Below are positions 20,551 to 32,756 of a DNA stretch of 64,000 bases, piece after piece. The stretch is from Desulfovibrionaceae bacterium (lineage in GTDB: Bacteria; Desulfobacterota; Desulfovibrionia; Desulfovibrionales; Desulfovibrionaceae): contig JAQXJC010000049.1 of assembly GCA_029008115.1 (NCBI GenBank), forward strand, positions 27,818 to 91,817, written 5' to 3'. The notes under the pieces were generated by a model, which was given only the letters and a program-made list of their open reading frames with translations, was not told the DNA's origin and did not search any database. How positions within the stretch are numbered: the first letter of the stretch is position 1; every line of letters starts with the position of its first letter. The position numbers and the translations under genes are program-made.

Positions 20551-22095
20551 CTATTCCCATTCGATGGTGCTCGGCGGCTTGGACGAGATGTCGTACACCA
20601 CGCGGTTCACACCCTTGACCTCGTTGATGATGCGGCTGGACATGCGCTCCAGCACCTCGGCGGGGAGGCGCGTCCAGTCAGCGGTCATGGCGTCCACGCT
20701 ATCCACGATGCGCAGGGCAATGACGTGATCATAGGTGCGGCCATCGCCCATGACGCCCACGGTCTTGATGGGCAGCAGGACGGCGAAGCCCTGCCAGACC
20801 TTGCGATACCAGCCGGTGGAACGCAGCTCCTCCTGCACAATTTTGTCGGCGCGGCGCAGGATGTCCAGACGCTCTTCGGTGATTTCACCCAGCACGCGGA
20901 TGGCAAGGCCGGGACCGGGGAAGGGATGGCGCCACACGATGGAGTCGGGCATGCCCAGCTCGGCGGCCACCTTGCGTACTTCATCCTTGAAGAGTTCGCG
21001 CAGGGGTTCGATGAGCTTGAGCTTCATGGTTTCCGGCAGGCCGCCCACATTGTGGTGGCTCTTGATCACCGCGCTGGGGCCCTTGTGGGAAACGGACTCA
21101 ATGACATCGGGATAGAGCGTGCCCTGCGCCAGATAGTCCACCTTGCCCAGCTTTTTGGCTTCCTCGTCGAAGATTTCGATGAAGGTATGCCCGATGATCT
21201 TGCGCTTCTTTTCAGGATCATCCACGCCGGCGAGCTTGTCCAGGAAGCGGCTCTGGGCCTGCACAAAGTTCAGGTTCAGGTCGAAATGCTCGCGCAGATA
21301 GCCGACCACCTGATCGCCTTCATTGAGGCGCAGCAGGCCGTTGTCCACAAAGATGCAGTGCAGGCGCCTGCCGATGGCCTTGTGCAGCAGCACGGCCACC
21401 ACGGTGGAGTCTATGCCACCGGAAAGAGCGCAGACCACGTGCTTGTCCGGGCCGACCTTTTCCGCCATTTCCCTGACCACGCGTTCCACAAAGGAGGACA
21501 TGGTCCAGTCGGGCGTGATATGCGCCACTTCAAACAGAAAGTTGCGGAGCATGGCCGTGCCGTCCACGCTGTGATGCACTTCAGGATGGAACTGCACCGC
21601 ATAGATGCGGCGGGCCTCGTCGGCCATGGCCGCCACTTCCAGCGTGGCGGTGGAGCCGGTGACGGTGAAGCCCGGCGGCGGCGTCATGACGCGGTCGCCG
21701 TGGCTCATCCAGATGCGGCTGGGCGCGGTGGTGTCCAGTCCTTTCCACAGGGTGCAGCCGGCAGCCATGTTCAGGTCTGCCGGGCCATATTCGCGCACTT
21801 CCGACTGCGTGAGCGTCCCGCCCAGGTTCTGGGCGAGCAGCTGCATGCCATAGCAGATGCCGAGCACGGGCACGCCCAGTTCCAGCAGGCCCATGTCCAG
21901 CCGGGGCGCATCCTTCTCACCCACGGAGGCCGGGCCGCCGGAGAGGATGACGGCATCGGGGCGCATGGCCCGCACCTGCTCCGCGGAGGTCTCGCAGTCG
22001 TGGATTTCCGAATACACGCCGGCCTCGCGCACGCGGCGCGCGATGAGCTGGGTAACCTGGGAACCGTAGTCGATGATAATGACTTTGCTGGCCAC
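20551..22095 (-). CDS. guaA: GMP synthase (glutamine-hydrolysing)
   Basis: 514 aa. GTG start with GGGGAGAAG upstream. GATase1 domain, ATP-PPase SGGIDS motif, C-terminal ...PPSTIEWE. Confidence 0.95.
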   Translation of the reverse strand: MASKVIIIDYGSQVTQLIARRVREAGVYSEIHDCETSAEQVRAMRPDAVILSGGPASVGEKDAPRLDMGLLELGVPVLGICYGMQLLAQNLGGTLTQSEVREYGPADLNMAAGCTLWKGLDTTAPSRIWMSHGDRVMTPPPGFTVTGSTATLEVAAMADEARRIYAVQFHPEVHHSVDGTAMLRNFLFEVAHITPDWTMSSFVERVVREMAEKVGPDKHVVCALSGGIDSTVVAVLLHKAIGRRLHCIFVDNGLLRLNEGDQVVGYLREHFDLNLNFVQAQSRFLDKLAGVDDPEKKRKIIGHTFIEIFDEEAKKLGKVDYLAQGTLYPDVIESVSHKGPSAVIKSHHNVGGLPETMKLKLIEPLRELFKDEVRKVAAELGMPDSIVWRHPFPGPGLAIRVLGEITEERLDILRRADKIVQEELRSTGWYRKVWQGFAVLLPIKTVGVMGDGRTYDHVIALRIVDSVDAMTADWTRLPAEVLERMSSRIINEVKGVNRVVYDISSKPPSTIEWE

Positions 22096-22107
22096 GGTGC
22101 TTCTCCC

Positions 22108-23562
22108 CTAGTTGTCCACGCGGTAGTTGGGCGCTTCCTTCGTGATGATCACGTCATGGACGTGGCTTTCACGCAGGCCGGCAGGGGAGATTTCGTAGAA
22201 GTGCACGTCGCTGAGCGCGGCGATGTTCTTGGCGCCCACATAGCCCATGCCGGAGCGCACGCCGCCCATGAGCTGATAGATGACGTCCTTCACGCCGCCG
22301 CGGTAGGGCACGCGGCCCACGATGCCCTCGGGCACAAGCTTCTTGCTGCGTTCCTGGAAGTAGCGGTCGGAGCTGCCGTCCTTCATGGCGTCGATGGAGC
22401 CCATGCCGCGGTAAATCTTGTAGGTGCGGCCCTGATACAGGATGGTTTCGCCCGGGCTTTCCTCCGTGCCGCCGAAGAGGGAGCCGATCATCACGGAATT
22501 GGCGCCCACCACAAGGGCCTTCACAATGTCGCCGGAGAACTTGATGCCGCCGTCGGCAATGCAGCAGCGATCCATTTCGCGGGCGGCGCGGCTGGCTTCG
22601 GCAATGGCGGTCACCTGAGGCACGCCCACGCCGGCCACAATGCGGGTGGTGCAGATGGAGCCGGGGCCGATGCCCACCTTCACGGCGTCGGCGCCGGCCT
22701 CCAGAATGGCCTTTGCGCCCTCATAGGTGGCGACATTGCCGGCAATGAGCTGGCAGCCGGGGAAGGCCGTCTTCACGGCGCGGATGGCGCGCAGCACGTT
22801 GGCGGAATGACCGTGCGCGGAATCCAGCACCAGCACGTCGACGCCGGCCTCGATGAGCTCGGAGGCGCGGGCTTCGGAATCCCGGCCGATGCCAATGGCG
22901 CCGCCTACGCGCAGGCGGCCGGCGCTGTCCTTGCATGCGTTGGGATATTTCTGCACCTTATCAATGTCTTTCATAGTAATGAGGCCGCGCAGACGGTTGT
23001 CGGCGTCCACTACCAGCAGCTTTTCGATGCGGTGACGGTGCAGATGCTCCTTGGCTTCTTCCAGCGACGTGCCCATGGGCACGGTAACGAGGTTTTGGCT
23101 GGTCATGACCTCGGCGACCTTCACGGCGTTGCCGTCTTCGATGAAGCGCACGTCGCGGTTGGTGAGGATGCCCACCAGCTTTTCGCCGTCCACCACGGGC
23201 AGGCCGGAAACGCGGAAGTCCTTCATCAGGTCCAGGGCTTCCTGCACGCTGCTGTTGGAGGAGACGGTCACGGGGTCAAGGATCATGCCGCTTTCGGACT
23301 TCTTGACCTTTTCCACTTCCAGGCGCTGCTTGGCAATGGGCATGTTCTTGTGGATGATGCCGATGCCGCCCATGCGCGCCATGGAAATGGCCATGGCGGA
23401 TTCCGTCACCGTGTCCATGGCCGCGGAAAGCAGAGGAATGTGCAGTTTGATGGATGGAGTGAGCTGCGTGCCCAGCTCAACCATGTCGGGCGTGACGTCC
23501 GAATGGGCAGGGACCAGGAGAATGTCGTCGAAGGTCAGCGCTTTGCCGCGGTTCGTAAACAT
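22108..23562 (-). CDS. guaB: IMP dehydrogenase
   Basis: Start at ATG 23562 ([23 protein letters not shown]...), giving 484 aa. CBS pair, and catalytic [11 protein letters not shown] loop. Confidence 0.95.
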   Translation of the reverse strand: MFTNRGKALTFDDILLVPAHSDVTPDMVELGTQLTPSIKLHIPLLSAAMDTVTESAMAISMARMGGIGIIHKNMPIAKQRLEVEKVKKSESGMILDPVTVSSNSSVQEALDLMKDFRVSGLPVVDGEKLVGILTNRDVRFIEDGNAVKVAEVMTSQNLVTVPMGTSLEEAKEHLHRHRIEKLLVVDADNRLRGLITMKDIDKVQKYPNACKDSAGRLRVGGAIGIGRDSEARASELIEAGVDVLVLDSAHGHSANVLRAIRAVKTAFPGCQLIAGNVATYEGAKAILEAGADAVKVGIGPGSICTTRIVAGVGVPQVTAIAEASRAAREMDRCCIADGGIKFSGDIVKALVVGANSVMIGSLFGGTEESPGETILYQGRTYKIYRGMGSIDAMKDGSSDRYFQERSKKLVPEGIVGRVPYRGGVKDVIYQLMGGVRSGMGYVGAKNIAALSDVHFYEISPAGLRESHVHDVIITKEAPNYRVDN

Positions 23563-23670
23563 GGCTTCCTCGTAAGTGTTTGTTAGGAAAACAACAAAAA
23601 AGTGAATAGAAAATAATACTAAAAAATTCCACCCGCTGTCAATGCGCGCGGGCGGTTCGCGGGCATCTCC

Positions 23671-23699
23671 TTGACTTGACGGGGGAATGCGGCTATGAA
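23671..23699 (+). promoter_or_regulatory. Sigma70-type promoter candidate for ffh
   Basis: TTGACT-N17-TATGAA, 51 nt upstream of the ffh ATG. Confidence 0.35.
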
Positions 23700-23749
23700 A
23701 ATGCACTTGTGCATTCCGCGCAAACTTCCATCCGCTCCGAGGTTTCCCT

Positions 23750-25234
<1,485 letters not shown>

Positions 25235-25463
25235 GGCCCGGGCGCGGCATGGGCGGCGTGGCGTCTGCGAAATTTTTAGATGACAACAGGCCGTCTTTGC
25301 TGTATGACGCCTTTTCGCGCAGTGCGATTTTTTCATGGAAGGGAAAGGAAATCCCCGCCGCGCGCATGGATTTCCTGCTGGCATGGGGCCGTGCGCCTGC
25401 GGCGCTTGCGCTTTTCCTGATTGCCATATACAAAACATAACAAAAAACTTTGGGAGCAATATC

Positions 25464-25700
25464 ATGGCTGTGAAGCTGAAACTGACTCGCATGGGCAGCA
25501 AGAAGCGTCCTTTCTACCGTGTCGTCGCCGCTAACAACGAAACCCGCCGCGACGGCCGTCCGCTGGAGCTGCTGGGCTACTACAACCCCATGACCAATCC
25601 TGCGGACATCAAGCTGGACATGGAAAAGGTCAACGCCTGGATTGCCCGCGGCGCCGAAGCCACCGATACCGTGCGCGCCCTGATCAGGAAGCAGGCCTAG
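25464..25700 (+). CDS. rpsP: 30S ribosomal protein S16
   Basis: ATG 25464 ([21 protein letters not shown]...), giving 78 aa. Confidence 0.95.
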   Translation: MAVKLKLTRMGSKKRPFYRVVAANNETRRDGRPLELLGYYNPMTNPADIKLDMEKVNAWIARGAEATDTVRALIRKQA

Positions 25701-25732
25701 CTTTCTTCATGCGCCCCGTGCCGGACTGAGAT

Positions 25733-25963
25733 ATGAAGGAGTTGATCGAATATATCGCCACGTCTCTTGTGGATAATCCCGGGGACGTGCAGGTGCGTGA
25801 AATCGACAACGGGCAGGGATCGACGCTTGAGCTGACCGTGGCCAGAGACGACATCGGCAAGGTCATCGGCAGGCAGGGCCGCACCGCCCGCGCCATGCGC
25901 ATCCTGCTGGGAGCGGCTTCCGCCAAGGCCCAGCGGCGCGTGATGCTGGAAATTCAGGAATAG
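25733..25963 (+). CDS. KH-domain RNA-binding protein (UPF0109/YlqC family)
   Basis: 76 aa. VIGRQGRTA KH signature. Conserved position between rpsP and rimM. Confidence 0.85.
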   Translation: MKELIEYIATSLVDNPGDVQVREIDNGQGSTLELTVARDDIGKVIGRQGRTARAMRILLGAASAKAQRRVMLEIQE

Positions 25964-25971
25964 GCCGGAGC

Positions 25972-26547
25972 ATGGAAGATTCGCGTTTCGTCCTCATGGG
26001 GGTGCTTGCGCGCCCTCATGGCATTCGGGGGGAGGTTTGCGTCGACTGGTACGCGGACTCCCCCGCCGCATTGCAGGGCCGCTTTTTCCTTCAGGAAGGG
26101 AAGGCGCCGCCGCTTCTGGCGCGGGCTGCGGAAGTGCGTGAGCATCAGGGGCGGCCCCTGCTGCGCCTGGAAGGCGTGTGCGATCGCGCAGGCGCCGACC
26201 GTCTGCGTGGCATGAAGATTCTGGTGCTGAAGGAAGATTTGCCTGAACCCGACGAGGGCGAAGCCTACCTGCACCAGCTTCTGGGGCTGACCGTGGTTCT
26301 GGACGAGGAAGACAGGGTGCTTGGCCGTCTGGATCACGTGGAATTTCCCGCCGGCCGGGAGGTATGGGCCATTGTCACGCCTGAGGGCAGGGAAGTGCTT
26401 TTCCCCGCTGTGGAGGAGTTCGTCAATGGCTTTGATCTGGAGCGTGGCGAAGTCTTCATTGCGCCCCCGCCGGGCCTGCTGGATATTTATCTGAATGATC
26501 AGGAACCAGCTCCCGACGAATACGACGGGGATGACGCGCACAGATAA
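25972..26547 (+). CDS. rimM: 16S rRNA processing protein RimM
   Basis: 191 aa. GxxxxPHGIRGEV N-terminal motif and a PRC-barrel C-terminus. Synteny with rpsP. Confidence 0.9.
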   Translation: MEDSRFVLMGVLARPHGIRGEVCVDWYADSPAALQGRFFLQEGKAPPLLARAAEVREHQGRPLLRLEGVCDRAGADRLRGMKILVLKEDLPEPDEGEAYLHQLLGLTVVLDEEDRVLGRLDHVEFPAGREVWAIVTPEGREVLFPAVEEFVNGFDLERGEVFIAPPPGLLDIYLNDQEPAPDEYDGDDAHR

Positions 26548-26559
26548 TGCAAAGCACAG

Positions 26560-26589
26560 GGACGGCAGCTGCGACTGACGTCCTTTTTT
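26560..26589 (+). terminator. Rho-independent terminator directly after rimM
   Basis: GGACG-G-CAG [CTGCGA] CTG-A-CGTCC stem (8 bp, one mismatch) followed by TTTTTT (26584-26589). Confidence 0.65.
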
Positions 26590-26607
26590 GTCTGGAGAGA
26601 TACCGCA

Positions 26608-27531
26608 ATGCCGGAACTGCCGGAAGTGGAAACCGTTGCCCGCACCCTGCGGCCGCTGATTGTGGGCCGCACCATTACCAGCGCGCAGGTGCTGCTGTCC
26701 CGTTCCGTGCATGAACTGAGCCTGCCGCTGGATCGGCTGGTGGGACGCGGCGTGGCGGATGTGAGCCGGCGCGGCAAGCTGGTTCTGCTGAACCTTGCGC
26801 CGGTGGAGGAGACGGACGCCCGGCATGCTTCCTGTCCCTGCCCGGCGGAAGGAACCCCAGGCACGGCCCATGCCGTCCTGCCTGCGCAGTCGCTGACGGA
26901 GCCTTCCGCCAGTCCGGCGGTGCTGGCCGTGCACTTGCGCATGACGGGCCGCCTGTTTGTATTTCCGCCATCCGAGCCTGTCGGCAGGCACACCCGTGTG
27001 ATTCTGGGGCTCAGCGACGGCAACAGGCTTTTCTTTGATGATGCCCGCACGTTCGGCCTGATGCTGCTGGCAACGCCCTATGTGCTGACGTGCTGGCCCT
27101 TCTGGACCACATTGGGCCCCGAACCCCTTACATTGTCGGCGGAAGACTTTGCGGCGCGGGTGCGGGCAAGGCGGGGGAGCATCAAGGCTGTGCTGCTGGA
27201 TCAGAAAGTCATTGCCGGCATTGGCAATATCTATGCGGATGAATCCTGCTTCCGTGCGGGGATTGATCCGCGCCGCCAGGCTTCATCGCTGTCGCCGGCA
27301 GCGTGTGCCCGCCTGCTTGCCTGCGTGCGGGAGGTGCTGCTCCAGTCCATCAGGGAATGCGGCAGCTCCATCAAAGACTACCGTACTGCGCGCGGAGATG
27401 CCGGCGCCTTTCAGAACTATTTCCGCGTCTATGGTCGCGCGGGGCAGCGCTGTCTGGCATGCGGAGGCGAGCTGGAAGGAGCCAGAGTGGCCGGACGCGC
27501 CACGGTGTTCTGCCGGCACTGCCAGCAGTAG
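26608..27531 (+). CDS. mutM: Formamidopyrimidine-DNA glycosylase (Fpg/MutM)
   Basis: 307 aa. MPELPEVE N-terminus, H2TH region, C-terminal zinc finger CLACG...CRHCQ. Carries a roughly 40-aa insertion relative to E. coli Fpg. Confidence 0.9.
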   Translation: MPELPEVETVARTLRPLIVGRTITSAQVLLSRSVHELSLPLDRLVGRGVADVSRRGKLVLLNLAPVEETDARHASCPCPAEGTPGTAHAVLPAQSLTEPSASPAVLAVHLRMTGRLFVFPPSEPVGRHTRVILGLSDGNRLFFDDARTFGLMLLATPYVLTCWPFWTTLGPEPLTLSAEDFAARVRARRGSIKAVLLDQKVIAGIGNIYADESCFRAGIDPRRQASSLSPAACARLLACVREVLLQSIRECGSSIKDYRTARGDAGAFQNYFRVYGRAGQRCLACGGELEGARVAGRATVFCRHCQQ

Positions 27532-27544
27532 GCGTCCTTGCGGA

Positions 27545-30136
27545 TCATTCTTCCAGCCATACATCCATGCGATCCGGGCTGATGCCTTCCGGAGGCGTCT
27601 TTCTGGCGTGTTCCAGCCGCCATCCTCCCTCCTTTGGCCAGACAAGGTCTATCTCTCCCAGCGCCGCCGTGGTCAGCAGGGGAATGCCGCCTTGTTCCAG
27701 AAAGGCGCGCAGGCGTTTGCCGGGGAAGTTCCAGCGGCTGTCCCGGGCGCAGGAGGCAAGGACAAGGTCCGGCCTTGCAGCTGCATACAGCGCGGCGAAG
27801 AAGGAGGAGTCGGCGCCATGATGCGGGGCGATGACCACGCGCACCCGCAGATCGGCACCCCTGTGAAGCATGGATGCAAGAGCCGGACGTTCCGCGTCCC
27901 CCGTGAGCAGGAGCAGGCCCTGCCCATGCCGCGTCAGGCGAAGGACAAGGGACGCATTGTTTCCCGTGTGCGTCCAGTCCCGCGGCGGATGCACAACCTC
28001 CAGCCGCAGGCCGTCACCCAGATTGAGGCTGTCTCCGGCGTACAGCTGGCGCTGGCTGTGGGAAGCCAGCTGGTCTTTCCAGAAGGCGGCGCCATTGCCG
28101 GCGGGTACCTCTCCGTTATGAAATATTTCCCGCACGTGAAGTCCGTTCAGCACGGCGCCAAGGCCGCCTGTGTGATCTCTGTCCGGATGCGAGGCCAGCA
28201 CGGCATCCAGTGTGGGCAGATGATTGTAGCACAGGCGGGGGAGCACCAGTGCCGCGCCGCAATCAAAATGCGGCCCGGCATTGCCGCCGTCCGCCAGCAG
28301 ACGCCAGCCCGAAGGCGTCTCCAGCAGAGCCGCCTGTCCATGTCCCACGTCGAGCAGGGAAAGACGGATTTCCTGCCGCCAGCAGGGGAGAAGGCAGATA
28401 CCGGCACAGAGAAATGCTCCGGACGCCAGAAGATACCGTTTTCCTGCCGGAGGCATGGCCGGACGGCGGGTACGCAGGCACAGGCCCGCCAGCAGGCAGA
28501 GCCAGGCCAGCCAGAACAGCCAGTGGGGATGCGGCAGGGCGGGCGTGGCCAGAAGGCCCTGCCCGTCCAGCCAGTCCAGGGCATCCATCAGCCAGCCGCA
28601 GGGCAGGGAAGCCAGCTGCAAGCTCCATGTGCCCGCTCCTGTCAGCCCGCAGACGGCCAGTCCCAGACCGATGAAGGACAGCGGCAGCACCCACATCCCC
28701 AGCACGGGCAGCCAGAGGGCATTCAGCGGGAACCACCAGCCCGTATTCTGAAAATAGTGGACGGCGAGAGGCAGGATAGCCAGCGAAACGGCAGCGGAAC
28801 AGAGCGCCACATCCAGCAGGGCGCCGCAGCAGCGGGCGGCGGAGCGGGGCATGCCATGCAGCCGGCGGCGGATGCCGGCGCGCATTGCGCCCAGCCAGGG
28901 GGCGGCGCAGGCCAGTCCGCCCACGGCCAGAGCCGAAAGCTGCAAGCCAACTTCATAGGCCGCGGCGGGCCGGCAGATGGTAATGAGCGTCACGGCATCC
29001 AGCAGGATGTCCAGCGCGGTATGCACGCCGCCGCGCCAGCGCCACAGCGCCAGCAGGAGCAGCATGCAGGCCGCGCGCGTCAGCGAGGGGGGCGCGTCGC
29101 CAAGCCAGAGATAGGCCAGCGCCGGTGGCAGAGAGCACCAGAGCGCCAGCCGGGGGCGAGGCACGCGCAGGTAGCTCGCCGGATGGAGCCATCCCGCCAT
29201 GTGTGCCAGTCCCAGGCCAAGCAGGGCCATGAAGGCCAGATGCTGTCCGGACAGGGCTATGCTGTGCAGAAGCGAGGCCGCGGACAGCATGCTGATGCTG
29301 TGCTGGCTGAATCCCGAGCGATCGCCAAAGAGCAGCGCGGGAATAAAGGCGGCATGCTGTGCCTGCAGATTGCCGCTTATGCCGGAAGCGGGAGACGTTA
29401 CGCCTTGTGCATCGCAGGAGCCGGCGGGGGGAGTCGTCCCTGCCAGCATGGTGACGACAGCGCGCCGCAGATGCTCCCGCAGGGCGGCGGACACGGAAGG
29501 CTCGCCCTCCATGAGGGGATCACCTCGCGCACCTTCGCTCCAGATGCGTCTGAATATGCCGCGTGCAGCCCACGTGCCTCCATAGTCCGGCAGGGAAAGA
29601 TTGGCAAAGCCTGCCGTGCTGCGCAGCCGTGCGGTAATTTCCGCCCGCTGCCCAGGCAGGGGGCGGCAGAGCGCCTTGTCCCACGTCCAGACGAGACGGA
29701 TGCCGGAAGCATGGTCCTCTGTGCCGGCGGCCGGGCCGCCGATGGGCCGGACGTCATGCAGGATGATGCGCAGGCGGCTGCCCGGCATGCCCTGTACGGA
29801 GTCCACCATGCCGCTGAGGCGGAGACGCTCCTTGCTGAAGGCCCACGCAGGAAGATGGGGCGTGGCGATGGAGGTATGGGCGGCGCAGAGTCCGAGCGCG
29901 AAGGCGGCGCACACGGCCAGTATCGTGGCGGCATGGCGGCATCGTCCGTCCACCCAGAGCAGAAGCAGACACAGGACGCCTGCGGGGGCCGGCCAGCGGT
30001 TGGCAAAGATGCCGGCTATCCAGGCCAGTGCCAGCGTATGCCGGAAGAGCAGGGCCGCCAGCGGGGCAGACGCGCGGTCCTGCGCGGTGCCGCGGCGGGC
30101 GTTCATGACGGCCGGTTCCGCCTCCTGCTGCCGCAT
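27545..30136 (-). CDS. comEC: DNA internalisation-related competence protein ComEC/Rec2
   Basis: 863 aa. Polytopic competence domain followed by a metallo-beta-lactamase domain (VGHGQA..., HPDRDH, APHHG). Confidence 0.85.
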   Translation of the reverse strand: MRQQEAEPAVMNARRGTAQDRASAPLAALLFRHTLALAWIAGIFANRWPAPAGVLCLLLLWVDGRCRHAATILAVCAAFALGLCAAHTSIATPHLPAWAFSKERLRLSGMVDSVQGMPGSRLRIILHDVRPIGGPAAGTEDHASGIRLVWTWDKALCRPLPGQRAEITARLRSTAGFANLSLPDYGGTWAARGIFRRIWSEGARGDPLMEGEPSVSAALREHLRRAVVTMLAGTTPPAGSCDAQGVTSPASGISGNLQAQHAAFIPALLFGDRSGFSQHSISMLSAASLLHSIALSGQHLAFMALLGLGLAHMAGWLHPASYLRVPRPRLALWCSLPPALAYLWLGDAPPSLTRAACMLLLLALWRWRGGVHTALDILLDAVTLITICRPAAAYEVGLQLSALAVGGLACAAPWLGAMRAGIRRRLHGMPRSAARCCGALLDVALCSAAVSLAILPLAVHYFQNTGWWFPLNALWLPVLGMWVLPLSFIGLGLAVCGLTGAGTWSLQLASLPCGWLMDALDWLDGQGLLATPALPHPHWLFWLAWLCLLAGLCLRTRRPAMPPAGKRYLLASGAFLCAGICLLPCWRQEIRLSLLDVGHGQAALLETPSGWRLLADGGNAGPHFDCGAALVLPRLCYNHLPTLDAVLASHPDRDHTGGLGAVLNGLHVREIFHNGEVPAGNGAAFWKDQLASHSQRQLYAGDSLNLGDGLRLEVVHPPRDWTHTGNNASLVLRLTRHGQGLLLLTGDAERPALASMLHRGADLRVRVVIAPHHGADSSFFAALYAAARPDLVLASCARDSRWNFPGKRLRAFLEQGGIPLLTTAALGEIDLVWPKEGGWRLEHARKTPPEGISPDRMDVWLEE

Positions 30137-30154
30137 GGCCCGGAACTCCGCGCG

Positions 30155-30610
30155 CTATGCCAGTTCGCGGGCGGCGTCCCGGGCTTCGGCGCGGGCCTTG
30201 AGGCTCTGCCTGTGGTCATGCAGCTTCTTGCCGCGTCCCAGTGCTATTTCCAGCTTGACGCGGCCATGCTTGAAATACAGGCGCGTGGGCACCACGGTTA
30301 GCCCCTTCTGGGCTACGGCGGCGGCCATGCGGGCAATCTCCCGGCGGTGCAGGAGCAGCTTGCGGGGACGGTCGGGCGTCTGTACGACGTAGCCGGCATT
30401 GCTGTAGGGGGCGATATGCAGGGAGAGGAGCTGGGCTTCGCCATCGCTGAAGTCCACATAGCTGTCGAGAAAGTTGACCTTTCCGGCACGGATGCTCTTC
30501 ACTTCAGGGCCGGTGAGGGAAATGCCCGCTTCCAGAAAGTCGCTGAGTTCATACAGATGCCGCGCCTTCTTGTTCACGGCTATGGTGGAGGGCTGCGTTT
30601 TTGCGCTCAT
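30155..30610 (-). CDS. smpB: SsrA-binding protein SmpB
   Basis: 151 aa. NKKARHLYE..., GxEVKS, and a basic C-terminal tail. Confidence 0.95.
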   Translation of the reverse strand: MSAKTQPSTIAVNKKARHLYELSDFLEAGISLTGPEVKSIRAGKVNFLDSYVDFSDGEAQLLSLHIAPYSNAGYVVQTPDRPRKLLLHRREIARMAAAVAQKGLTVVPTRLYFKHGRVKLEIALGRGKKLHDHRQSLKARAEARDAARELA

Positions 30611-30620
30611 GGTTGTTCAT

Positions 30621-32387
30621 CTACCCGTTGGTCTGGAGCATGGTATTATGGAAGACGAGTTCCTCGCCGAGGCACTGGGCCAGCGTCTCGCGCACCATAC
30701 GGCTGGAGGCGGCCGCATCCGTGCTTGCCAGCACGGAATGAGCCAGTTCGGAACAGATTTCCGCATCAAGGTGGCGGATCATGTGCTTGATGGCCGGCAC
30801 CGAGGTACAGGCGGCGGATACGGAATCCACGCCCATGCCCAGCAGCAGGGCCAGCCCGTGGGGGTCTGTGGACAGTTCGCCGCAGACGGAAACGCCGATG
30901 CCCTCGCGGTGCGCACAGTCGATGACGCGCTTCAGCGACAGCACCATGGCCGGATGCAGGGGATCGTGCAGGTAGGAGACATGCTTGTTGTTGCGGTCAA
31001 TGGCCATGAGGTAGCAGAGCAGGTCGTTGGTGCCGATGCTGAAGAAGTCGCACTCGCGCGCCAGCGAGTCCGCCACCATCACGGCGGCGGGCGTTTCGAT
31101 CATGACGCCCAGGGGCATGTCATCTCTGTGCGGAATGCCGGCGGCGCTGAGTCCCTGGCTTACTTCCGTGATCAGGCGGCGCACCTCCTGCACTTCCTGA
31201 AGACTGGAGATCATGGGGATCATGATGGCCGTATTTCCATACAGGCCGGCTCGCAGCAGGGCGCGCAGCTGAGTGTGGAACACCTCCCGATGACGCAGGC
31301 AGAATCTGATGGCCCGCAGGCCCAGATTGGGATTGGGCTCCTTCAGTGCTTCCTGCGAGCGCAGCATTTTGTCCGCGCCGGCGTCCAGCGTGCGAAAGAC
31401 CACGCGCGCCGGCGCCATGCGCCGTGCCACATCGCGGTATTCCTGAAAGAGCTGCTCCTCCGTGGGGAAGCGGGAAGCGCGCAGATAGGCAAATTCCGTG
31501 CGATAGAGCCCGGCGCCTTCCGCACCGGCGCCGAGCGCGGCAGCGCATTCGTCCGGACTTTCCATATTGGCCTGTACGGTCACGCGCACGCCGTCCAGCG
31601 TTTCCGCGGGCAGGGGGGCGTTGTGCCGGGTACTGTGCTCCCAGGCCAGATATTCTTCCTGCCGCGCGGAAAACTGCGCCACCTCATCTTCATCCGGGGC
31701 AACATGCACACAGCCGCGCACGGCGTCCACAATAATGAAGTCGCCGTCCTCCACCATGTCCATCAGGCTGGTGACCCCCACCACGGCGGGCAGATGCAGG
31801 CTGCGTGAGAGAATGGCCGTGTGCGAGGTGGGGCCGCCTTCCATGGTCACCAGGCCCAGCATGCCGCGCAGATTCAGGCGCAGGGCATCAGCCGGGGAGA
31901 TGTCTTCCGCAATGAGCACGTGCGGCATGGTTCTGCCCCGTGCGGCCTCGCAGCCCAGAAGGCAGGTCTGGATGCGGCGTCCCACGGCTTTGATGTCCTG
32001 CGCACGCTCGCGCAGATAGGGATCGTCCATGCCGTGGAACAGGGCGCACAGCTCCTCCACAGTGCAGGACAGCGCCCAGGAGGCGCACAGATGCTGCTCG
32101 TGGATGCGGCGTTCCGCCGTGCCCAGCAGCTTGGGGTCCTGGCAGAGCTGCATGTGGGCGCGGATGATGTCGCCCTGCTCCGCCAGATCGGCGGGCACCT
32201 GCTCGCTGGCCAGCTTCAGCTCGTCCCGCGCACGGGCGGCCGCCTGGCGCAGAGCGGCGCATTCCGCGGCGCATTCCCCGGGAAGGATGCGGCGTTCTTC
32301 CACCATGCCGGAAGGCAGCAGCTTCTGCACCTTGCCCAGGGCAATGCCCGGGGAAACGGAGGTGCCGGACAAAACGGCTCTGGCCAT
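30621..32387 (-). CDS. ptsI: Phosphoenolpyruvate-protein phosphotransferase (PTS Enzyme I)
   Basis: 588 aa. GGPTSHTAIL phosphohistidine loop, C-terminal PEP-utiliser TIM barrel (FFSIGTNDL). Confidence 0.9.
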   Translation of the reverse strand: MARAVLSGTSVSPGIALGKVQKLLPSGMVEERRILPGECAAECAALRQAAARARDELKLASEQVPADLAEQGDIIRAHMQLCQDPKLLGTAERRIHEQHLCASWALSCTVEELCALFHGMDDPYLRERAQDIKAVGRRIQTCLLGCEAARGRTMPHVLIAEDISPADALRLNLRGMLGLVTMEGGPTSHTAILSRSLHLPAVVGVTSLMDMVEDGDFIIVDAVRGCVHVAPDEDEVAQFSARQEEYLAWEHSTRHNAPLPAETLDGVRVTVQANMESPDECAAALGAGAEGAGLYRTEFAYLRASRFPTEEQLFQEYRDVARRMAPARVVFRTLDAGADKMLRSQEALKEPNPNLGLRAIRFCLRHREVFHTQLRALLRAGLYGNTAIMIPMISSLQEVQEVRRLITEVSQGLSAAGIPHRDDMPLGVMIETPAAVMVADSLARECDFFSIGTNDLLCYLMAIDRNNKHVSYLHDPLHPAMVLSLKRVIDCAHREGIGVSVCGELSTDPHGLALLLGMGVDSVSAACTSVPAIKHMIRHLDAEICSELAHSVLASTDAAASSRMVRETLAQCLGEELVFHNTMLQTNG

Positions 32388-32389
32388 AC

Positions 32390-32680
32390 TCAGTCCTCAA
32401 TGCCGGCGATGAGATTGCCCAGACGGATGAGTGCCTCGCGGGCGTCATCGCCGCTGGCGCACAGGGTAATCTCCGCATCCCCCGCGGCGGCAAGGGAAAG
32501 GATGTCCAGCATGCTCCTGGCATCAGCTTCCGCCGTTCCCGTGCGCAGGCGGATGTCCGCGCTGAAGTTCTGCGCTTCCTGGGCAAGGCGGGCGGCCGGC
32601 CGCGCATGTATGCCCAGCGGTGATTGCACACGCACGGTGAGGGCAAGTCCCTCCGGCGTTGTCGCTATGTCTCCAACCAT
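32390..32680 (-). CDS. ptsH: Phosphocarrier protein HPr
   Basis: 96 aa. GIHARPA (His-15 region) and ADARSMLDI (Ser-46 region). Confidence 0.85.
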   Translation of the reverse strand: MVGDIATTPEGLALTVRVQSPLGIHARPAARLAQEAQNFSADIRLRTGTAEADARSMLDILSLAAAGDAEITLCASGDDAREALIRLGNLIAGIED

Positions 32681-32756
32681 GATTCAGCCTTCTGGCGTCT
32701 GGCGCCGTGGTTCGATCTGTTGCCGCGTGTCAGCGGGGAAAGGCGCAGGACGCGCG

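Noticed and set aside
25249-25440. 63-aa ORF in the ffh-rpsP spacer.
   Set aside because: It has no Shine-Dalgarno and many A/T-ending codons that are atypical for this genome. The region is better explained as the rpsP promoter/leader, containing an 8-bp inverted repeat GGAAATCC...GGATTTCC at 25347-25375.
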